Shown one piece after another: positions 18,613 through 27,269 of a stretch of DNA of 64,000 nt. This DNA is from an uncultured Gammaproteobacteria bacterium (GTDB lineage Bacteria > Pseudomonadota > Gammaproteobacteria > Natronospirales > JAIVGZ01). The first letter of the stretch is position 1. Every line of letters starts with the position of its first letter. The position numbers were made by a program, and so were the translations under genes. The notes beneath the pieces are model-generated. The model made no database searches and was not told the origin of the DNA. It saw only the letters and a list, made by a program, of their open reading frames with translations. The DNA lies in assembly GCA_964552205.1 (NCBI GenBank), contig CAZKFT010000003.1, positions 35,016 to 99,015 on the forward strand. The letters are read 5' to 3'.

Positions 18613-18653
18613 GTTATTGCGATGGAACTGTCCGCCTGAAAAGGAGAGTGACA

Positions 18654-19673
18654 GTGATTATCGTACTCAAGCCCGAAGCCACCGCTGATGACGCGCAGGC
18701 GTTCCTGCGCAGAATCGAGGACAGTGGTCTGCAACCCCTGTATCTGCCGGGCTCGGAGCGGACCGTACTTGGCGCCCTCGGCGACGAGCGCGTGCTCGCG
18801 CGTCTCAATCTGGAAAGTCATCCCCTCGTTGAGAGCCTGAAACCCATCCTCACCCCGTACAAACGCGTGAGCCGCGAGATGCAGGCTCATGACACGCGTG
18901 TGGACATCGGCCCGGTGACGGTCGGTGGTCGCGATTTCGTGGTGATGGCCGGACCGTGTGCTGTCGAGAGCGCGGCCCAGATTGGAGCGACCGCTGCCGC
19001 CATCAAATCCGCGGGCGCGGTCGTGTTGCGGGGTGGTGCGTTCAAACCGCGCACAAGCCCTTACAGCTTCCAGGGGCACGGCGGCGAGGCGCTGGCACTC
19101 ATGGCTGAGGCAGCGCGCGAGCATGGGCTGCCCATCGTGTCCGAAATTGTGGATCCTTCCGACCTCGCACTGATGGAACAGCATGTGGACGCGCTGCAAG
19201 TGGGTGCGCGCAATATGCAGAACTTCCGTTTACTGCAAGCGGTCGGTCGCAGCCATCTGCCGGTACTCCTGAAACGCGGCATCGCCGCCACCATTGAGGA
19301 ACTTCTGCTGGCGGCCGAGTACATCCTCGATGCCGGCAATCCCAATGTCATCTTGTGTGAGCGTGGCATCCGCACTTTCGAAACCGCGACCCGCAACACG
19401 CTGGACCTCAACGCAGTCGCCTTGCTCAAGTTGCGCTCGCACCTTCCGGTGGTGGTGGACCCCTCACATGGCACCGGCATCCGCGACTTGGTACCACCCA
19501 TGGCGAAAGCAGCCATTGGTGCGGGCGCGGACGGGCTGATCATCGAGGTCCATGTTGACCCGGCTGTAGCACTTTCTGACGGTCCGCAGTCCATGAACCC
19601 ACAGGGCTTCGCCGAACTGATGAAAGGCATCCGGCCTTTTGTCGCAGCAGCAGGCCGGGAGCTCGCGGCATGA
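18654..19673 (+). CDS. 3-deoxy-7-phosphoheptulonate (DAHP) synthase, type I-beta with N-terminal ferredoxin-like/ACT regulatory domain
   Basis: ORF from GTG 18648. GTG 18654 sits 7 nt after AAGGAG. The sequence is collinear by eye with Thermotoga-type DAHPS (IIVLKP..., GPCAVES, LRGGAFKPRTSPYSFQG, GARNMQNFRLL, LLKRG, ILCERGIRTF, VDPSH). Confidence 0.88.
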   Translation: MIIVLKPEATADDAQAFLRRIEDSGLQPLYLPGSERTVLGALGDERVLARLNLESHPLVESLKPILTPYKRVSREMQAHDTRVDIGPVTVGGRDFVVMAGPCAVESAAQIGATAAAIKSAGAVVLRGGAFKPRTSPYSFQGHGGEALALMAEAAREHGLPIVSEIVDPSDLALMEQHVDALQVGARNMQNFRLLQAVGRSHLPVLLKRGIAATIEELLLAAEYILDAGNPNVILCERGIRTFETATRNTLDLNAVALLKLRSHLPVVVDPSHGTGIRDLVPPMAKAAIGAGADGLIIEVHVDPAVALSDGPQSMNPQGFAELMKGIRPFVAAAGRELAA

Positions 19674-21145
19674 GTTCCGAGGTGATTGGTCGCGTGCTCT
19701 CGCATTGCCCTGAGCCGCTGGATGCCTTCGCTGCCATGACCAGCAACGGCACGCTCCCGGGGACCGCGCTGCTGGAATCTGCTGACCGCGGGCACAGCGG
19801 CACGCGGCGTAGCCTGCTGGTGTTGTCCAGTGCGTTGCGGGTCGTGCTATCCGGCAACAGCGTGAATATCGAGGCACTCAATGCGAACGGGCGCGCTGCG
19901 CTCAGGCGATTGGGTGGGCATGGTGAGGTGCTGTCGATTGCGGTGCCAGCAACCGGAACAACAACTCAGGATGAGGACAACCGCCTGCGCGAGCCTTCGG
20001 CGCTGGATCCGTTGCGAGCGGTGCTCAACAACCTGCGACCAGATCGGGCAGCAGATCGCCATCGCCTGATGCTGGTCGGCGCGTTAAGCTTCGAACTCGC
20101 CGCGCGATTCGAAGGCCAGGGCGGGAACGACGAGGCGACGCCGGACTATCTGTTCCTGGTGCCAGACCTGGTACTCGACATCGACCACCTGAGGAGTCGT
20201 GCGGAACTCATCGGCTTGGCCTTCGACCTTCATGCCCGAAACGACCTGTCTGCACGCTTGGATACTCTACTACTTTCACCAACTCGCTTCGAAGCCGCAC
20301 CATCCTCTGGTCCCGCGCAAGTCAGCGAGAACGAAACCGACTCGGATTTCGTCGCGATGGTGGAAAGTGCGCGGTCGGAAATTCTCGCGGGCGAAGTTTT
20401 CCAGCTGGTGTTGTCACGCACCTGGACGACGCCCTGCGTGGATGCACTCTCAGCGTATGCGCACCTCCGGCAACGCAACCCGAGTCCGTACTTGTTCTAC
20501 CTCAATGACCGCGACCGGACCTTGTTCGGTGCGTCACCCGAATCGTCCGTGCGTCTCAATGGACAAACCCGAGTTCTCGACATCTACCCCGTCGCCGGGA
20601 CCCGCCCACGCGGCGAGGACGCGGACGAGGACGCCCGCATCGAAGCGGAGTTGCGACAGGACCCGAAAGAGCTGGCCGAGCACATGATGCTGGTGGACCT
20701 TGCACGCAACGACATTGCGCGTGTCTGCATACCAGGAACGCGTAGCGTGCCTGTGCTCCTGGGCGTGGACCGCTACGCCCATGTGATGCACTTGGTCTCA
20801 CGCGTGCAGGGCGAACTCGCGCCCGACCTTGACGCCTTCCATGCATTGCGCGCCTGCTTGAACATGGGCACCCTGACCGGAGCACCCAAGCTGCGCGCAA
20901 GCGAGCTCATCCGCGCGCTCGAGAGCGGCCCTCGCGGATTCTATGGCGGTGCGGTCGGTCTGATAGATGGCGCCGGAAACATGGACACCGCCATCACCAT
21001 TCGCGCCGCGACCGTGGTGAACGGCATCGCCACCGTCCAGGCGGGCGCCGGCATCGTTCTGGCCTCCGACCCTATCTCTGAGGCGAACGAAACTCGGAAC
21101 AAAGCGCGCGCAGTTCTCGAGGCCTTGGGTGGGGCGGCCGCATGA
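19670..21145 (+). CDS. trpE: anthranilate synthase component I
   Basis: 491 aa with LLESAD, GEVFQLVLSR, PSPYLFYL, LAEHMMLVDLARND and GTLTGAPK. The start has an ATGA overlap with the DAHPS stop. Confidence 0.95.
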   Translation: MSSEVIGRVLSHCPEPLDAFAAMTSNGTLPGTALLESADRGHSGTRRSLLVLSSALRVVLSGNSVNIEALNANGRAALRRLGGHGEVLSIAVPATGTTTQDEDNRLREPSALDPLRAVLNNLRPDRAADRHRLMLVGALSFELAARFEGQGGNDEATPDYLFLVPDLVLDIDHLRSRAELIGLAFDLHARNDLSARLDTLLLSPTRFEAAPSSGPAQVSENETDSDFVAMVESARSEILAGEVFQLVLSRTWTTPCVDALSAYAHLRQRNPSPYLFYLNDRDRTLFGASPESSVRLNGQTRVLDIYPVAGTRPRGEDADEDARIEAELRQDPKELAEHMMLVDLARNDIARVCIPGTRSVPVLLGVDRYAHVMHLVSRVQGELAPDLDAFHALRACLNMGTLTGAPKLRASELIRALESGPRGFYGGAVGLIDGAGNMDTAITIRAATVVNGIATVQAGAGIVLASDPISEANETRNKARAVLEALGGAAA

Positions 21146-21735
21146 ACATTCTCGTCATCGACAACCATGACTCGTTCACCTTCAACCTCGTGTATGACCT
21201 CCGTGCGCTCGGTTGTACCGTCGAGACCTGGCGCAATGATGTACCACTGACCCCGTTACTGGCACGCGCCGAGTCACTGGGCGCAACCATCTTGCTCTCG
21301 CCTGGGCCTGGTACGCCGGCTGATGCCGGCATCTGCATCGATGTCGTGAAGCAAGCGGTCGGTCGGTGCAGCGTGCTCGGCATCTGCCTCGGCCACCAGG
21401 CCATGGTCGAGGCCCTCGGGGGTAAGGTGGACCGCGCACTCGACCCGATGCATGGTCGCGCAACCTCAATGACCCTGCAGCCCCACCCTTTGTTTGCAGG
21501 GCTCCCGCAGCGGGTCTCGTTCGCGCGCTATCACTCCCTGGCTGCGGCAGCGGTACCCGATGAACTAGAGACCATCGCTCATGCCGAGGACGGCACCGTG
21601 ATGGCGGTTGCCCATAGATGCCACCGCATTGCCGGACTGCAGTTTCATCCCGAGTCCATTCTGAGCGGTGCGGGTCGCAAGGTATTGCGCAATGCGCTGT
21701 CCTGGATGAGGAGTGACCATGCACAGTCTGCTTGA
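21142..21735 (+). CDS. trpG: anthranilate synthase component II (glutamine amidotransferase)
   Basis: 197 aa with ILVIDNHDSFTFNL, GICLGHQA (catalytic Cys) and QFHPES. ATGA overlap with trpE. Confidence 0.95.
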   Translation: MNILVIDNHDSFTFNLVYDLRALGCTVETWRNDVPLTPLLARAESLGATILLSPGPGTPADAGICIDVVKQAVGRCSVLGICLGHQAMVEALGGKVDRALDPMHGRATSMTLQPHPLFAGLPQRVSFARYHSLAAAAVPDELETIAHAEDGTVMAVAHRCHRIAGLQFHPESILSGAGRKVLRNALSWMRSDHAQSA

Positions 21736-22726
21736 ACGCCTGTGTGGGGGCGTGTCCTTGTCGCGTGTTGAATCAGAGCATGCATTTGACGCTGTCATGC
21801 GCGGCGACTGCCCCCCTGCCACATTGGCAGCATTGCTGGTCGCGATGAAGGCCAAAGGTGAACAGCCGGATGAAATCGCTGGCGCCGCCACGGCGATGCG
21901 GCGACATGCGATTTCGTTTCCGCGGCCCGAATACGCGTTTGCGGATTGTTGTGGCACAGGAGGTGATGGCGCCGGAACGCTCAATGTGTCCACGGCGGTC
22001 GCTTTCGTTCTGGCTGAGTGCGGTCTGCCGGTGGCCAAGCACGGTAACCGGGCAGTCAGTTCGCGTTCGGGTTCCGCAGATGTCTTGCAAGTGCTCGGAC
22101 TCAAGCTGGACCCGGAACCCAACATCTCCAGGCACATGCTGGATGAGACCGGCTTCTGCTTCCTGTTCGCGCCGCAATATCATCCCGGCGTCGCGCACGC
22201 CATGCCTGTCCGTCGCGAACTTGGCATTCGTACGCTGTTCAACCTGCTCGGACCGCTGTCCCACCCGGCTGCACCCCCCGTTCAGCTGCTCGGTGTATAC
22301 GACCCTGAGTTATGTAGACCGCTGGCGGAAACACTGCACCATCTGGGTTGCGAGACTGCGCTGGTGGTGAACGGGGGTGTGGACGAGATTGCGCTCCACG
22401 GCCCCACCGAGGCCGCACTGCTCCGCGATGGACAAGTGGTGACGATGACCATCACCCCGGAACACGCTGGCTTGCGCAGCCGAGCGTTGGCGGAACTCGC
22501 AGGTGGCGATGCGGACAACAACGCGCAAGCGCTGCGGAAACTGCTCGCCGGGCAGGGTGACGAGGCCTATGCGGATGCCGTCGCCATCAATGCGGGTGCG
22601 GCACTGTGGGCGACCCGCCGAGCCGCCTCGCTCATCGAGGGCACGGAACTCGCCAAACAAGCCATCGCCTCGGGCGGCGCGCTCCGACGACTGCAAGCAG
22701 CGGTGGAGATCTCCCATGCGCAGTAA
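21719..22726 (+). CDS. trpD: anthranilate phosphoribosyltransferase
   Basis: ATG 21719 sits 6 nt after GAGGAG (the track start is GTG 21713). Motifs are DCCGTGGDGAGTLNVSTA, KHGNRAVSSRSGSADVL and LGPLSHPA. Confidence 0.93.
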   Translation: MHSLLERLCGGVSLSRVESEHAFDAVMRGDCPPATLAALLVAMKAKGEQPDEIAGAATAMRRHAISFPRPEYAFADCCGTGGDGAGTLNVSTAVAFVLAECGLPVAKHGNRAVSSRSGSADVLQVLGLKLDPEPNISRHMLDETGFCFLFAPQYHPGVAHAMPVRRELGIRTLFNLLGPLSHPAAPPVQLLGVYDPELCRPLAETLHHLGCETALVVNGGVDEIALHGPTEAALLRDGQVVTMTITPEHAGLRSRALAELAGGDADNNAQALRKLLAGQGDEAYADAVAINAGAALWATRRAASLIEGTELAKQAIASGGALRRLQAAVEISHAQ

Positions 22727-24047
22727 TGTGCTTGCACAGATTCTGGCGGTGAAACGCGCGGAGTTGGCGCAGCCCCCGAGCACACTGCCGCAGCGTCGCC
22801 GCCCGGTGCGCAGTCTGGCCGAGTCACTCGCCCGTCCGGGTGCGCGTTTCATCATGGAGTGCAAACGCGCGTCGCCTTCCGCAGGAGTGCTACGCGAACT
22901 TGAGTCCTTGCACCCTATCGTTGCGGCCTATGAGGGTATTGCCGATGCCATTTCCGTATTGACCGACCGCACGTTCTTCGGCGGTTCACTGGACGATCTG
23001 GCCTTCGTAGCCGAAAACGCCTCGGTGCCAATTCTGCGTAAGGACTTCATTCTGGAACCCCGACAGGTCGCCGAATCCTACGCGTACGGTGCCGACGCTG
23101 TATTGCTCATGTTGTCCGCGTTGGATGACGAGACCTGGACCCAGTGCGCCAGAACCGCGGACCAGCTGGGTGTCGAGATACTCACCGAAGTGCATGACGA
23201 AGCAGAGCTTGCACGCGCGATCACCTTGGGCGCGAGGATGATTGGCATCAACAACCGATCCTTCGCCGACCTTTCGGTGGACCTCGGGACCACGCGCCGG
23301 CTTGCACCGCAGGTTCCGGATGACCACCTGACGGTCTGCGAGTCCGGCATCCACAGCCACGCGGATGTGCGGTCGCTCGCCAGCATGGTGGATGCCTTTC
23401 TGGTGGGTAGCACGCTGATGCGCGCCCCCCGCATCGATCTTGCCTCGCGCCAGCTTGTGTTCGGGGAGGTCAAAGTCTGCGGACTCACCCGAGAACAAGA
23501 TGTCATCGCCGCGTGGCAGACAGGCGCCAGTTTTGGCGGAATGGTTTTCGCGGAAACATCGTCGCGCAAGGTGACCATGGCCCGCGCCCGCGACCTGGTT
23601 CAGGTCACACCGATGCCAATGGTCGGTGTGTTCGTGGACGAAGCGCCCGCAACCATCGCGGAGACTGCGCACGAACTAGGGCTCGCGGCCGTGCAACTGC
23701 ACGGCGCTGAGGATGATGATCACATCGCGAAAACGCGGGCAGCGCTACCCGATGGCTGCGCCCTGTGGAAGGCGGTGCGTACGGGTGATGCGCTCCCGTC
23801 CGGTGTGGACCGCATCCTGTTCGACGCGCCTACCGCGGGCGGTGGTCAGGCATTCGACTGGTCTGCACTCCCGCGCGATCTGCACGACTTCGGTCTGGCC
23901 GGAGGGCTGCATGCCGGCAACGCTGCAGCGGCACGCGACACCGGCGCGTCCCTGCTTGATGTTAGCAGTGGCGTGGAATCTGCACCCGGGGTGAAGTGCG
24001 CGGAACGAATGGGGGGATTCTTCCAGGCCCTGCGAGCGAGAAGATGA
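22716..24047 (+). CDS. trpC: bifunctional indole-3-glycerol-phosphate synthase / phosphoribosylanthranilate isomerase
   Basis: ORF 22503..24047 trimmed to ATG 22716 ([17 protein letters not shown]). The N-terminal IGPS part ([26 protein letters not shown]) is fused to a C-terminal PRAI part (KVCGLT..., VQLHG). Confidence 0.9.
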   Translation: MRSNVLAQILAVKRAELAQPPSTLPQRRRPVRSLAESLARPGARFIMECKRASPSAGVLRELESLHPIVAAYEGIADAISVLTDRTFFGGSLDDLAFVAENASVPILRKDFILEPRQVAESYAYGADAVLLMLSALDDETWTQCARTADQLGVEILTEVHDEAELARAITLGARMIGINNRSFADLSVDLGTTRRLAPQVPDDHLTVCESGIHSHADVRSLASMVDAFLVGSTLMRAPRIDLASRQLVFGEVKVCGLTREQDVIAAWQTGASFGGMVFAETSSRKVTMARARDLVQVTPMPMVGVFVDEAPATIAETAHELGLAAVQLHGAEDDDHIAKTRAALPDGCALWKAVRTGDALPSGVDRILFDAPTAGGGQAFDWSALPRDLHDFGLAGGLHAGNAAAARDTGASLLDVSSGVESAPGVKCAERMGGFFQALRARR

Positions 24048-25210
24048 TGAATGACCGTTTCGGCCCCTACGGGGGTATGTATGTACCTGAAATACTGGTT
24101 CCCGCGCTGGAGCGATTGGAGCAAGCCTTCCTTGAGGCCCAGGAAGACCCATCGTTCCGCGCCGAGCTGCACCGTCTGCTCACCGAGTACGCGGGTCGTC
24201 CTACACCACTCACGGAGTGCACTCGTTTCTGTGCAGACACACCGGCACGCATCTTCCTCAAACGCGAGGACCTGTTGCACGGTGGCGCGCACAAGACTAA
24301 CCAGGTCCTGGCCCAGGCACTGCTGGCCAAGCGCATGGGCAAGCCGCGTGTCATCGCTGAGACCGGGGCTGGACAACACGGTGTCGCGACGGCATTGGCG
24401 TGTGCACTCCTCGACCTTGAATGTCGCATCTACATGGGCGCCAAGGATTGCGAGCGCCAGCAAGCCAATGTGTTCCGCATGGAATTGCTGGGTGCCGAAG
24501 TGGTGCCGGTCACCGCAGGCGCGGGAACCCTGAAGGACGCCGTCAACGAAGCACTGCGTGACTGGGCCGCGAGCTACGAGACCACCCACTACCTGCTCGG
24601 AACCGCTGCCGGTCCACATCCGTTTCCGACCATGGTGCGTGAGTTCCAACGCGTGATTGGCCAGGAGGCCCGTGCGCAGATCATTGAACGCACCGGTCGA
24701 CTTCCGGACATGGTCATCGCCTGTGTCGGCGGCGGCTCCAATGCCATCGGCATGTTCGCGGATTTCCTGGAAGACGAAGGCGTCGAGTTGGTAGGTGTTG
24801 AGGCAGCCGGACACGGCTTGGACTCCGGCAAGACCGGCGCGACACTGGCCGTAGGTCGGCCTGGCATCCTGCACGGCGCGTTCACGCTATTGATGCAGGA
24901 TGACCACGGCCAGGTCACAGAGTCGCATAGCATCTCCGCGGGGCTCGACTACCCGGCAGTCGGACCGGAACACGCCTGGCTGCAGCATTCCGGCCGTGCG
25001 CGTTATGTCGGCATCACCGACGCCGAGGCACTCGATGCGTTCAATCGGCTATGCCGCACGGAAGGCATCATTCCCGCACTCGAGTCCGCACATGCCCTCG
25101 CCTATGCACGAAAGCTTGCGCTGGAAACAACAGAGGAACTGACCATCGTCGTGAACCTGTCCGGACGTGGCGACAAGGATCTGGTGACCGTGCGGGAGGC
25201 ATTGGCATGA
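24044..25210 (+). CDS. trpB: tryptophan synthase beta chain
   Basis: ORF 23996..25210 trimmed to ATG 24044 ([18 protein letters not shown]). Motifs are HGGAHKTNQ (PLP Lys) and [10 protein letters not shown]. It overlaps the trpC(F) stop. Confidence 0.95.
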   Translation: MMNDRFGPYGGMYVPEILVPALERLEQAFLEAQEDPSFRAELHRLLTEYAGRPTPLTECTRFCADTPARIFLKREDLLHGGAHKTNQVLAQALLAKRMGKPRVIAETGAGQHGVATALACALLDLECRIYMGAKDCERQQANVFRMELLGAEVVPVTAGAGTLKDAVNEALRDWAASYETTHYLLGTAAGPHPFPTMVREFQRVIGQEARAQIIERTGRLPDMVIACVGGGSNAIGMFADFLEDEGVELVGVEAAGHGLDSGKTGATLAVGRPGILHGAFTLLMQDDHGQVTESHSISAGLDYPAVGPEHAWLQHSGRARYVGITDAEALDAFNRLCRTEGIIPALESAHALAYARKLALETTEELTIVVNLSGRGDKDLVTVREALA

Positions 25211-26004
25211 CCAGCCGCTACGAGAAAGTGTTCAATGAACGGCCGTGCGCGCTCATCCCCTTTCTGATGATCGGCGACCCGGACGCGGAATCGTTTCTGA
25301 ACCATGTGGCGGCGGTGGTGGACGCCGGGGCGGACGCACTCGAACTCGGTTTCCCCTTCAGCGACCCCGTTGCGGACGGCCCTACAGTGGTCGCGGCCGC
25401 AAATCGTGCGCTGGCCAGCGGAACCACTCCCGATCGATGTTTCGAACTGCTGCACTCGATTCGCCAACGCTACCCGGAACTCCCCATTGGCTTGTTGGTG
25501 TACGCCAATCTGGTGGTGGCTCGTGGGCTGGATGCGTTTTATGCGGACGCCGCTGTAGCGGGCGTGGATTCCGTGCTGGTCCCGGACGCGCCCATTCGCG
25601 AGGTGCAACCGTTCATCCACTGCGCTCGGGAAAACGGAATTGACCAGGTGCTCATCCTTCCTCCGGGCGCAAGCGCTGCGACTCTAAAGGCAGTGGCGGA
25701 GCATGGCAGTGCTTACACCTATGTTCTGGGACGCAAGGGCGTGACCGGCACACACCAGGATGCCAATGCCCCACTGTCATCATCGATTGTGGGACTGAAG
25801 AAAGCGGGTGCACCGCCGGCGGTGGTGGGTTTTGGGGTGTCCAATGCGGCAACGGTACGCTCGGCACGATTGGCAGGTGCCGCCGGGGTCATCGTGGGTT
25901 CCGCGCTGATCGACCTGGTTGCGTCCGGTGAAGACGCCCGCGGCTTTCTGACGGAACTAGCGGTTGCGGCCCGCGAAGAAACTGAGACCGTCTCCCCCGC
26001 GTAA
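25207..26004 (+). CDS. trpA: tryptophan synthase alpha chain
   Basis: ORF 25051..26004 trimmed to ATG 25207 (ATGA overlap with the trpB stop). Motifs are [25 protein letters not shown] and GFGVS. Confidence 0.93.
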   Translation: MTSRYEKVFNERPCALIPFLMIGDPDAESFLNHVAAVVDAGADALELGFPFSDPVADGPTVVAAANRALASGTTPDRCFELLHSIRQRYPELPIGLLVYANLVVARGLDAFYADAAVAGVDSVLVPDAPIREVQPFIHCARENGIDQVLILPPGASAATLKAVAEHGSAYTYVLGRKGVTGTHQDANAPLSSSIVGLKKAGAPPAVVGFGVSNAATVRSARLAGAAGVIVGSALIDLVASGEDARGFLTELAVAAREETETVSPA

Positions 26005-27207
26005 GGGATAGGCGACACCGGCTTCGATTTCGACGCCGATGAACCACGGCAAGCGGACTCGCACACCGACACCGAGGCTGGCATACGCGCCACCACTACG
26101 AGCGTTGTTGACGCTACCGCCAGTCACGCCCGCCTCCGCGATGGCGAGGAAGCGCAGCCAGTTGTAAGCGATGGGGCGCAGGTACTCCACGGCGACATAT
26201 CCGTAGCGGTTGCCTTCTATCCAGTCGAGGTCGTAGCCACGCAATCTACTCGAACCGCCAAGACCATAGGTGTTGCGCCAGTCACTCCCGCCCGTTGCTG
26301 CGCCACCGGCGATGGTGATGTTGAGGCTGCGATGCGGCCCGCCATCCAGGCCGATGTACGCACGGTGTGCGAGATCAACTTGCGTGAAGGAGTAATCAGA
26401 CAGCCAGCCATCTCGTGCCGTTGAAAGACGCGTGGAGAATACGCGCCCGGTTTCGCTGTAGAGGTGGAATCGCAGGTCCGAGTAATACGCGGTAAGCACC
26501 AGCGAGGTTGCCTGCCCGAGTTCCACCGGCGCCAACGCGCCCGCGGTCCGCTGTTGCTGCCATGCGAACCCCGCCCCCAAGTCCCAACCAGACCGTGGCC
26601 GACCGTAACGCATGTCGCGCCACATACGGACCTCGAACGCATCAAGCTTCTCGTCGAACACGCCCATAGGGCCGAGTGCATCGCGCGTGATGTGCTCTGC
26701 AGCCATCTCGATACCGTAGTGATCGCGCCAGAAGTATGGTGCCGAATAGCTAAACCGCGCTTGGGTCTGCTCTTCCGCGATACGGTCACCCGGCTTGCCG
26801 GTTTCCCAATGCGCGCTCAGCGAATGATTGCGGCCACCGACATTGTCCCAACGCAACTGCGCGCCGTAACTACTGCCCCCATCGGAACTGCCGTCCAGGC
26901 GTGGTACCGGCAGGAAGTAGCGCTTCTCACGAACCCTGACGACAACCACGGTGCCCTCCGGGGTGTAGTCATAGCGTGCTTCCACCTCACGGAACAGCCC
27001 GAGATCGAGGATGGCCTGATGACCGTTGGTGAGCTTGACCGGATCGGCGAGGTCACCGATGCGGATATTCAATTCCCGCAACAGAACCTCTTCGCGTGTG
27101 ACATGGTTTCCTTCGAACCGGATATCCGAGATGACCGGGACGCCAGCCGCCCCTGCCAGCGGCGACATCACCAGCGCCAACACTACCAGACCATAGCTCC
27201 TTGCCAT
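25957..27207 (-). CDS. BamA/TamA-family (surface antigen D15) outer-membrane protein with one POTRA-like domain
   Basis: ORF 25957..27258 trimmed to ATG 27207 (MARSYGLVVLALVMSPLAGAAG signal). IRFEGNHVTREEVLLRELNIRIGD is POTRA-like, and the C-terminal beta-barrel has Gly/aromatic-rich alternation. Confidence 0.7.
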   Translation of the reverse strand: MARSYGLVVLALVMSPLAGAAGVPVISDIRFEGNHVTREEVLLRELNIRIGDLADPVKLTNGHQAILDLGLFREVEARYDYTPEGTVVVVRVREKRYFLPVPRLDGSSDGGSSYGAQLRWDNVGGRNHSLSAHWETGKPGDRIAEEQTQARFSYSAPYFWRDHYGIEMAAEHITRDALGPMGVFDEKLDAFEVRMWRDMRYGRPRSGWDLGAGFAWQQQRTAGALAPVELGQATSLVLTAYYSDLRFHLYSETGRVFSTRLSTARDGWLSDYSFTQVDLAHRAYIGLDGGPHRSLNITIAGGAATGGSDWRNTYGLGGSSRLRGYDLDWIEGNRYGYVAVEYLRPIAYNWLRFLAIAEAGVTGGSVNNARSGGAYASLGVGVRVRLPWFIGVEIEAGVAYPLRGGDGLSFFAGRNR

Positions 27208-27224
27208 GTGGACAGTATGCCAAG

Positions 27225-27251
27225 AAAAAAGGGGCCCGAAGGCCCCTTTTT
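27225..27251. terminator. intrinsic terminator downstream of hppA (hairpin with A- and T-runs on both sides)
   Basis: The sequence is AAAAAAGGGGCC-CGAA-GGCCCCTTTTT. On the minus strand it gives a 6-T run immediately after the hppA stop (27270). Confidence 0.85.
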
Positions 27252-27269
27252 CCAACATTCAACTTCTGA

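Noticed and set aside
18369-19199. The 276-aa minus-strand ORF covering the trp leader and the 5' half of the DAHP synthase gene.
   Set aside because: It is antisense to a clearly homologous DAHPS, shows no motifs, and would run through the attenuator terminator.
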